Origin: an uncultured Acidobacteriota bacterium
Lineage (GTDB): Bacteria > Acidobacteriota > UBA6911
Assembly: GCA_964586015.1 (NCBI GenBank)
Contig: CAZPHK010000004.1
Span: 1-61,101, forward strand
Reading direction: 5' to 3'
DNA length: 61,101 nucleotides
The notes beneath the pieces are model-generated. The model saw only the letters and a program-made list of their open reading frames with translations, searched no databases and had not been told where the DNA came from. The position numbers and the translations under genes were made by a program. Below are positions 48,793-56,472 of the stretch, piece by piece; within the stretch, counting starts at the first letter, position 1; the number at the start of each line of letters is the position of its first letter.

Positions 48793-48817
48793 GGGCGAAC
48801 ACAAGGTTCGCCCCTAC
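48793..48817 (-). repeat. GTAG-type REP (identical to 47111-47135)
   Basis: Same 25-mer; its TAG is the stop codon of the upstream FAD oxidoreductase. Confidence 0.88.
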
Positions 48818-50208
48818 AATGACGGTAATTTCACTCCCTGGTGCGCCAAATTCTTTCGCAGGTCCGCGTAGTTCACGTCTCTCGGTTTTATCCCCGAGTT
48901 CGACGCCATGGCGGCCGCTGTGCCCGCCGCCTGTCCGAATGCGATACAGTGCGGGATCAGGTTGAAATATTCGTTGAACCGGTAATCGGACGAAAAGGCG
49001 CGGCAGGCCACCAGCAGACCGTCGATTTTCTTCGGCACGAGCGCCCGATAGGGAATGCACACGTTGGGGTGCTTGGCCGAAATCTCTTCATTGTCGTTGT
49101 CGGGAAATATTGCGATGGTGTCCTCAAAAACTTCATCCGATGTCATGTCCTTAGCGCTGCAGACGTACTCTCCGACAACTCGCTGACCGCCCTGTGTGCC
49201 CAGCTGCGGCGAACTGAGGGCAATATAACTTTTTTCGAAACCGGGCACATGGTCCCGGTAGTATTCATAGGAAAGGAGCATCTTCTTCCGGCCTTCAAGC
49301 TCGACGCGGTTGATCTCATCAATATCGGCTTGATTCGTACTGGGAAAGAAGGGGTGAAACCAGACGACGCCGCTGTGATTTTTCACAAGATCCTTCATGT
49401 AAAAGAAGGCGCCTCCAAGGCTTTCCAGCTCCCGTACCAGTTCGTCCCATTTTTTCGGACATGTGACTCTGAAATCCTCGAATTTTTTCATGTCGACGTT
49501 GCCGATCCAGAACGGGAAAGCAAACGCCGCGATTCTGAGCCCGGCCACCATCCGGGTGTCGCACTCGGCGCCGGCAGGCTGCAGGAGATCGCCGTCCCCG
49601 GTGGAATCGATGACGACTTTGGCCAGAACAGCCTGGCGACCCGATTTGTTTTCGATAAAGACGCCTCTGACCGTGTTCCCTTCAACGATGGGCCGGACTC
49701 CCCAGGAGTGGAGATACAGTTTTACGCCGGCTTCTTCCATCATGGTATTCAGTTCGCATTTCATGATCTCCGGGTCTATGAGAGCCGTGTAGAGCACCCG
49801 TTTGCGTCCGATATTCAGGTCGTCGCGAATGTAGAACCAGGCCAGGTTGGAGTCGATATAATATTGAACCAGCTTTTCGTCCGCAGATCCCCAGTCCGCC
49901 TTCTTCGGGTAATGTGTTGCGCCTTTCCTGTCCAGCCGGTCCACGAGCTCCTGGCAGATTCCGGCTATCTGCTGTTCGCCGCTGATGTCGCTCAGGTTCG
50001 GAATGATGGTAACGAGCCCGCCGGTCGCCATTCCTCCCATATGGCCGTAGCGTTCCACGAGCACCGTGTCCGCCCCGCAGCGCCGGGCCGCGAGCGCAGA
50101 CCCGATCCCACCGGGACCGCCCCCTACAACAACGACATCCGCTTCCCTGACTACGTCTATCTCTCTGGCCGGTTCGGTGATTGTTCGACCTGTAGAACGG
50201 GCGCCCAT
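48814..50208 (-). CDS. FAD-dependent oxidoreductase (FAD_oxidored family)
   Basis: ADVVVVGGGPGG, GGMATGG, VIDSTGDGD, IPYRALVP, GLLVACR, GQAAGTAA. Confidence 0.9.
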   Translation of the reverse strand: MGARSTGRTITEPAREIDVVREADVVVVGGGPGGIGSALAARRCGADTVLVERYGHMGGMATGGLVTIIPNLSDISGEQQIAGICQELVDRLDRKGATHYPKKADWGSADEKLVQYYIDSNLAWFYIRDDLNIGRKRVLYTALIDPEIMKCELNTMMEEAGVKLYLHSWGVRPIVEGNTVRGVFIENKSGRQAVLAKVVIDSTGDGDLLQPAGAECDTRMVAGLRIAAFAFPFWIGNVDMKKFEDFRVTCPKKWDELVRELESLGGAFFYMKDLVKNHSGVVWFHPFFPSTNQADIDEINRVELEGRKKMLLSYEYYRDHVPGFEKSYIALSSPQLGTQGGQRVVGEYVCSAKDMTSDEVFEDTIAIFPDNDNEEISAKHPNVCIPYRALVPKKIDGLLVACRAFSSDYRFNEYFNLIPHCIAFGQAAGTAAAMASNSGIKPRDVNYADLRKNLAHQGVKLPSL

Positions 50209-50481
50209 AATAAGATCCTCCTTTTTTCAATGTAACGGTTTAAATTAATGAGATGCATATTACGATAACCTGCCCTTCAATTGAAATATCGGCGGCTGAA
50301 TTTATCAGGCTGGAACCATGTCTGATGTCCGGCTTGTAGTAAAATAAAAATAATCATCGAGTAAGCCCGAAAGAGAAATGGAGACTTGAACGGCTCATGA
50401 GCAAATGCACTCGGGCTTCAAGCTTCGCTTCCTGATTCGCAGTGTTGTACATTTTGACTTTAATTTTGCCGGGGCAATCCA

Positions 50482-51087
50482 ATGAAAATAGAAGACAAGT
50501 ATGATGAGCGATACAAAACAAAAAACACTCCCTGGGATATCGGGAAACCTGATTTCAATCTCATCGAGGTTGTAGAGCAAACACCGGTACAGAAATGCAA
50601 GGCGCTGGATATCGGTTGCGGAACCGGAGATAATTCCATCTGGCTTTCGCAGAATGGATTTAACGTATGCGGCACGGATACTTCCGAAATCGCCCTGGAA
50701 AAGGCCAGGGATAAAGCCTTGCAGGCAAAAGCTCCCTGCAGGTTTCTGAATCTTAATTTTTTTGACCGGAAAGTTGAAGGGGCTCCGTTCGGTTTCGTGT
50801 TCGATAGAGGCTGCTTTCATTCGTTCAATTCAGGGGAAGATCGCAATACGTTTGCCCGCAATGTCGCAGCACACCTGGAAGAATCCGGCTTATGGCTTAC
50901 AATAGTCGGAAATGCCGATGAACAGAGGGAAATTCCGGGCCCTCCTCAGCGATCGGCTAAAGACATAGTTCTGGCAGTGGAGCCCTGTTTTGAGGTGCTT
51001 TTAATGGAGACGAGTCATTTTGGATCCAATAGTACAAGGCCTCCCAGGGCGTGGAGATGCTTATTGCGTAAACGAAGGTCAAATTAA
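50482..51087 (+). CDS. Class I SAM-dependent methyltransferase (TPMT-like)
   Basis: TPWDIGKPD, ALDIGCGTG, VFDRGCFH. Confidence 0.9.
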   Translation: MKIEDKYDERYKTKNTPWDIGKPDFNLIEVVEQTPVQKCKALDIGCGTGDNSIWLSQNGFNVCGTDTSEIALEKARDKALQAKAPCRFLNLNFFDRKVEGAPFGFVFDRGCFHSFNSGEDRNTFARNVAAHLEESGLWLTIVGNADEQREIPGPPQRSAKDIVLAVEPCFEVLLMETSHFGSNSTRPPRAWRCLLRKRRSN

Positions 51088-51187
51088 AAATTGCTGAATA
51101 CGGAAACAGGTCGGATATTTATAAATGCCCGGCTACCGGAGCATTGTATCGATTAAAGGACTGAATGGGTCCTGAAGGGTGAATACC

Positions 51188-53254
51188 ATGATTAAGAGAC
51201 TGGTTACTCTTTTTATTTTCTGGGTGTTGTGCGGAGTTGCGTGGCTGCATGCGGAAGCGACTCTAAATGAGATCCGTACCGCATCCAATGACGTTCTGGT
51301 GGCCTATATCTCGGGCGATTCGGCCGATGTGAATGCGGTCGATATCGAGGATAAATCACAATGGAAGATCAACGGGGAACCGGCATCCGAGATTTTCATT
51401 TACGCCGTCGCCGCCGATCCCTGCGACTATCATGTTTACCTGAAGACCTCCCGTCTGGTGGAAGGAGCGCAGTACAGGGTAGAGACCCCCTATGGGGAAA
51501 AGACTATCCGTTTTAATGAAAGGGAGATTTTCTGCGAAGCCGTTAAGACCAACCAGGTCGGCTACAGCGCGTTTTCCAGGACGCGCTATGCGAATTTTGC
51601 CGTCTGGCTCGGAACCGGCGGCGCCCGAAAGATAGAGGGAATTCTGCCTTCCTATGAAGTTTTTGAAACGGAAACGAATAAAACCGTTGCTTCCGGGGCA
51701 TTGACCGGGGTCGGGAAAGATGAGGGCTCCGGAGATTATGTTTACCGCATAGACCTGGCGTCCGTACCCGAGGGGGGACCCTATAAGATTGCGGTTCAGG
51801 GCTATGGGAGTTCCCATCCCTTCGGAGTTGGGGGCGAGTTTTCCAGAAGGCTTGCCTATGTTCTTTTTCGCGCACAGTATTTGCAGCGCTGCGGATGTCC
51901 CATCCTCAAACCGGATATCCGGAAACATGCCTGCCATACGCTGATCTACGATGTCGACGGTCCGATCGGAGAGGCGAATATCGATGTGAAAGGGGACGAG
52001 CGGACCTTCAGCGTATATGGAGGATATCACGACGCCGGCGATGCGGACCGCCGGGCGTATCACATGTCCAATCCCGCTGTCAATCTGATGATATATGAAG
52101 CGTTCCCGGAATATTTTACGGACGGTCAATACGACATTCCCGGCGATTTCGACGAAGATTATCGCATCCTGAATTATACGAACGGCATTCCGGATCTTAT
52201 TGACGAAGCGGCATGGGGAACCCTGGCATGGGAGTATCTGCAGAACGAAGACGGGAGCATCCATTTCGGAACGGAAACGAGCGGATACCCGGAACCTTTC
52301 GCGGCGCCTCTGGATCTGGACGACAAGAAGTACGGGACGGTCAAAACAGACGCCCGCGCCACAAGCGCGGGGGCGGGCCTGTTCATGCACCTGGCGCGCA
52401 TTATAAAGCCGTATGATTCGAAGCGTTCCGAGGCGCTTGTAAAACGGGCGGAAAAAGCCATGGAGTTCGGAAGCGAGACCATGGCGGATCCGGAAAGGCT
52501 GTACTATCACATCCAGCGCTATCTTCTGCTGCGGGATGAATCGGATCATCGGAAAATCAGGGAACTGTACCGGATAGCCGGCGGTTTAAATGAGAATTTA
52601 TACCTGACCCCGGGATACTCGTTGAATGACGACAAGTTCGACAATCCGGCGTACATACTCTCCTATATCCTGGAAAATGAGGTTCCCACCGATCGGGAAA
52701 TAGTGGACTTTTTCAAACAGGCGATAAAGGATGCCGCAGACGCGAACATCGCCGAATTGCGCCGCCATGCCTATCCTGTCGGCAACAATCCCGATGGCAG
52801 AGCCTGGGGGCATAACGTGCGTCAGCCGCAGTATGCCGCAGCATCCCTGCTTCAATGGAGGCTGTCGGGAGACCGGAGCTATTTTGACGCCGCTTCCGAA
52901 CTGATGGATTACAAAACGGGGCTGAATCCGATCGGCATCAGTTTCATCACCGGCCTCGGATTTCGCCAGGTTCACAATGTTCACGACCGTGAAAGCGCCT
53001 ATACGATATCCAGAGGATGGGGACCGAAGCCCGGAATAACGGTGTTCGGGCCCGGAGTTGCAGGATGGAGCCGCAACATAAAGGTTATCCCGCCGATAAA
53101 CGAACTGCCGAAAGAGCGCCAGTATGTGGACGACAGGGAAATCATATCCTTCAACGAGTTTACAATATTTGAAACCATGCATTACGACGCACTCTACACG
53201 GTGCTTGCCGGCGGCGGGAAATGGAACGGAAAGGACCCTTTCCATTCCCGTTGA
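51188..53254 (+). CDS. Glycoside hydrolase family 9 with Ig-like N-terminal domain(s)
   Basis: Signal peptide; KTNQVGY; GGYHDAGD catalytic motif; HDRES; NEFTI catalytic Glu region. Confidence 0.85.
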   Translation: MIKRLVTLFIFWVLCGVAWLHAEATLNEIRTASNDVLVAYISGDSADVNAVDIEDKSQWKINGEPASEIFIYAVAADPCDYHVYLKTSRLVEGAQYRVETPYGEKTIRFNEREIFCEAVKTNQVGYSAFSRTRYANFAVWLGTGGARKIEGILPSYEVFETETNKTVASGALTGVGKDEGSGDYVYRIDLASVPEGGPYKIAVQGYGSSHPFGVGGEFSRRLAYVLFRAQYLQRCGCPILKPDIRKHACHTLIYDVDGPIGEANIDVKGDERTFSVYGGYHDAGDADRRAYHMSNPAVNLMIYEAFPEYFTDGQYDIPGDFDEDYRILNYTNGIPDLIDEAAWGTLAWEYLQNEDGSIHFGTETSGYPEPFAAPLDLDDKKYGTVKTDARATSAGAGLFMHLARIIKPYDSKRSEALVKRAEKAMEFGSETMADPERLYYHIQRYLLLRDESDHRKIRELYRIAGGLNENLYLTPGYSLNDDKFDNPAYILSYILENEVPTDREIVDFFKQAIKDAADANIAELRRHAYPVGNNPDGRAWGHNVRQPQYAAASLLQWRLSGDRSYFDAASELMDYKTGLNPIGISFITGLGFRQVHNVHDRESAYTISRGWGPKPGITVFGPGVAGWSRNIKVIPPINELPKERQYVDDREIISFNEFTIFETMHYDALYTVLAGGGKWNGKDPFHSR

Positions 53255-53519
53255 ATGAATTTTCACGGCTCTGTCGGCTGTCTTCGGGTCTGACAGGAGA
53301 AATTTTCCGAAAAATCCGGACCTGTTTTTCTGCCCACAGGCCGCTTGACAGAAGCGCCAAGAAGTACAATAGTTACTTCATATCCGCAATCCGCCAAGAA
53401 AGAGGTATGGCTGCAGGTTGCGGAATGCTCCATCTTCAGTTTCCGATAAAACTATCTAATGGTAGTGTCTTATAAAAAATAGAAACGATTGACTATATCA
53501 CCCGAAAGCTGGGTGGTTC

Positions 53520-56042
53520 ATGGAGGGCACCTTGTCACCACGAAATAAAATCCGACGGCGGGTGCGTCCCGGTAGCTCGACTCCAATCACGCAGACTCTT
53601 CCAAGGATAATTCTGAGATTCAAAAGTGGATCCGTATTGCCCTACAAAGATGACGCGCAACTCTACCTGGACAAAACCAATACGCTATTCTGGGAGCAGA
53701 TATCGGCTCAGTACGGCCCGATGAGCCTCCGGAGAGTTTTCACCTGGGTAGCGCCCGAGAGAATTCAAAAATTAGCACTGCAGGCACAGCACTTCTCTCC
53801 ATCCTATGTAGCGCCTGATTTTCTGAAGTACTATGTTGTCGACTGCCCCCCCGGAGCGCATCCCGAAAAACTGGTAAAAGCGTTCAGGGAGTGGCAAATC
53901 GTCGAACACGCCTATGTTAGCAGGCCTCTCGAAGTTGCTTCCCCCGTCAACGATACGGATGAAATGGGCACTCGAGGTCATTATTTTTTTCAGGGATACC
54001 TGAAGGCGGCGCCGGACGGAGTGGATGCGATCTATGTCTGGCCGAAGACGTACGGAGGGGGGTTCGCCGGCGGCAGCGGGTACAACCAAAGCCTGATGGA
54101 CATAGAGCTGGGATGGACGCTGGAACATGAAGATCTGATTCCCCACGGCATTCCGGCTCCATTGACCGGCGTAAATTCTATTGACATCAACTACAGATAC
54201 CACGGCACCAGGGTCCTTGGAGTGATCGCCGCCGCGGACAATGACCGGGGCTGTCTGGGAATCGTTCCTGAGATCGGGTCCATTAAAGTGGCTTCCGTAA
54301 AAAACGACTCGCTTGAAGACGTTCTTATGCTGGCAATCGACTGCCTCTCACCGGGCGATGTTTTGTTGATTGAACTGCATGCCAAAGATGACCATCCGCC
54401 AAATCCGTTAATGTGGGTCCCTGTAGAAGCCGACGACGCTGTTTTCGAATTGATTCAGCTTGCTTCCAGCAACAAGATAGTGGTGATCGAAGCGGCGGGT
54501 ACGCAACCCATCCTTGACGGCCTCAACCTCGATACGTTTGAAGTAGACGGTCCCGGCGGCGTGAAATCGCGGGTCTTCGATCGCAACGGTGGGGCATCCG
54601 CAGGATTTCGCGATTCGGGCGCTGTTTTGGTCGGCGGCTCTCAAGTGGCCATGAACGGAAATGCCCACCCTCGCGAACCGCACTGCAACTTTGGAAGTCG
54701 TGTGGATTGTTATGGACTGGGAGAGAAAGTTACAACGTGCGATTCGACCGCTTCTTCAAATCCTGCAACGAAGCTCTATACAGACCAATTTTGGGGTACG
54801 TCATCGGGTTCAGCCATTATTGCCGGCGCTGCGTTGGCAATACAGGGGCTTTCGGAAAACAACGCCGGATTCCGATACGATCCGCCGAAGCTCCGAAGCA
54901 TCCTGTCCGATCCCTCCACAGGCACTCCTTCAGTAAACAATGAGATAGGCGTCATGCCCGACCTCAGAAAGATCAGCCGGGATACTCTGGGTATTGCGCC
55001 GGACACATACATGCGCGACTGGATCGGCGATACCGGGGACCCTCACAACGGCCCCCTGTCGTGCAGTCCGGACATTATCTTGCGCACAAGCCAAATCGGG
55101 CTTCCCCAGACTCCCCAACAAGTCTACGGTGAAGGGAGCGGCACCGAAAACAGCCAGAGCTTGAGCGACGAAGCGGATCCTCAGCAGGACAATTACCTGT
55201 ACCTTCGCGTCAGGAACCGTGGGGCATACCCGGCCGCCAATGTACAGGTCAAGGTGTATTGGGCGACTGTGTCCACGCTTCCAATGCCCAGTGACTGGAA
55301 ACTCATAGGATCCAGCGTAATTCCTAATGTGCCTCCGGGCAACATTCTGACCGTCTCCGATGCGATTACGTGGTCGAAGAACGATATACCGGGTCCGGGC
55401 CACTACTGTTTTATCGCTTTGATCGACACTCCGGATGATCCTGCCCCTGATCCCGCGGTGTTGACGGATTGGACATCCTTTCTTGGCTATGTCTCGGAAA
55501 ACAACAATGTGACATGGAGAAACTTCAATGTCGTAATGCTGCAGCCATCGCCTCCCCTGCCGATGGCTTTGGTTCCAGCCGGTCCCGACAGCCAGGATCA
55601 GTATGCAGCACTCCCGTTTGAAATCTCAGGCCCTGCCGGTCGGGGATTTGAAGCGAACATTGAGATCTGCGCCAAACTTCCTGTGGGCTCCAAACTCTGG
55701 CTGGAGGCGCGTTCGCCTCTCGCCAAACAGCTCTGCGATGAGTCGCTTTTTAATTTGGAGTCGAAGGATGGCGAGATCACCAGCGTTCGGCTTAATCCCC
55801 ATGGTCTCAATGCACTGAATCCAATCCTACGGCAGCCAGGAGTCCGTATGCCTCTGAGACTGCAGGTGCACATACCGGGAAGCAGCGACATTACCGGCTC
55901 TTACGAGTGTTATGTCCGGCAGCTTTATAAAAACCGGGAAATAGGACGTATTACATGGAGATTAGTCAAGCCGCTTCAGAAAAAAGCAAGGAAACCTAAA
56001 AAACAACAAAAAGGCAGATCCAGGAAGCGCAATCTCAAATGA
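53520..56042 (+). CDS. S8 (subtilisin-like) serine peptidase with large C-terminal beta domain; no evident signal peptide
   Basis: Triad motifs MDIELGW (Asp), HGTRVLG (His), WGTSSGSAIIAG (Ser); C-terminal SPDIILR, NYLYLRVRNRG, HYCF, NNVTWRN. Confidence 0.9.
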   Translation: MEGTLSPRNKIRRRVRPGSSTPITQTLPRIILRFKSGSVLPYKDDAQLYLDKTNTLFWEQISAQYGPMSLRRVFTWVAPERIQKLALQAQHFSPSYVAPDFLKYYVVDCPPGAHPEKLVKAFREWQIVEHAYVSRPLEVASPVNDTDEMGTRGHYFFQGYLKAAPDGVDAIYVWPKTYGGGFAGGSGYNQSLMDIELGWTLEHEDLIPHGIPAPLTGVNSIDINYRYHGTRVLGVIAAADNDRGCLGIVPEIGSIKVASVKNDSLEDVLMLAIDCLSPGDVLLIELHAKDDHPPNPLMWVPVEADDAVFELIQLASSNKIVVIEAAGTQPILDGLNLDTFEVDGPGGVKSRVFDRNGGASAGFRDSGAVLVGGSQVAMNGNAHPREPHCNFGSRVDCYGLGEKVTTCDSTASSNPATKLYTDQFWGTSSGSAIIAGAALAIQGLSENNAGFRYDPPKLRSILSDPSTGTPSVNNEIGVMPDLRKISRDTLGIAPDTYMRDWIGDTGDPHNGPLSCSPDIILRTSQIGLPQTPQQVYGEGSGTENSQSLSDEADPQQDNYLYLRVRNRGAYPAANVQVKVYWATVSTLPMPSDWKLIGSSVIPNVPPGNILTVSDAITWSKNDIPGPGHYCFIALIDTPDDPAPDPAVLTDWTSFLGYVSENNNVTWRNFNVVMLQPSPPLPMALVPAGPDSQDQYAALPFEISGPAGRGFEANIEICAKLPVGSKLWLEARSPLAKQLCDESLFNLESKDGEITSVRLNPHGLNALNPILRQPGVRMPLRLQVHIPGSSDITGSYECYVRQLYKNREIGRITWRLVKPLQKKARKPKKQQKGRSRKRNLK

Positions 56043-56082
56043 GTTGCCTTAACTGCCTTTCATCCTATGAAATGAGGAGAAA

Positions 56083-56448
56083 ATGATCATGGGAACAGAC
56101 ATAACTCCAGAGGAAGCATATGACATGGCCCTGGTGGCCTTCGGCTCCGGCACTGGGGGACTTTATATTAAGCCGGAAGTAGCAAAAGAACTTAAAGACC
56201 GCTTTTTGGAGAATTTTGTAACTCAGATTACGAACGACCCCGGCCAATGGGATACACAAAAACTGTTCATACTCGAGTGCGCCAGGGCAATCGGGCGTCT
56301 GTCGGCTCAAAAGGCCGTAGCCAGGGGATCCTTTGCAATCAACTGGGAGGATGACGCCAAAGGTGCCATGGAGATGGTCGTAAGCCGATATGGAGGTCCT
56401 GTGCCGGGCGCCTATTGCCAGAATCCTACTGCCCAAGATTCTGATTAA
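56083..56448 (+). CDS. Hypothetical 121-aa protein, histone-fold-like
   Basis: GAGGAG RBS; in-operon spacing (40 bp and 24 bp); helical pattern aligns by eye to archaeal histones. The CDS is well supported; the fold call is tentative. Confidence 0.7.
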   Translation: MIMGTDITPEEAYDMALVAFGSGTGGLYIKPEVAKELKDRFLENFVTQITNDPGQWDTQKLFILECARAIGRLSAQKAVARGSFAINWEDDAKGAMEMVVSRYGGPVPGAYCQNPTAQDSD

Positions 56449-56472
56449 GAATTTTACGATAATGGAGATAAT

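Noticed and set aside
25845-48817. Repeated 25-nt palindromes as a possible CRISPR array
   Set aside because: Copies are kilobases apart with no regular spacers and no cas genes; they fit REPs.
53345-53370. TTGACA...TACAAT promoter for the S8 operon
   Set aside because: Spacer is 14 nt, too short for a sigma70 promoter; the alternative -10 at 17 nt is weak.
56083-56448. Small protease-adjacent protein as a bacterial gasdermin or RiPP precursor
   Set aside because: Too short and apparently all-helical for a gasdermin, with no N-terminal Cys; no RiPP maturases or leader/core pattern.
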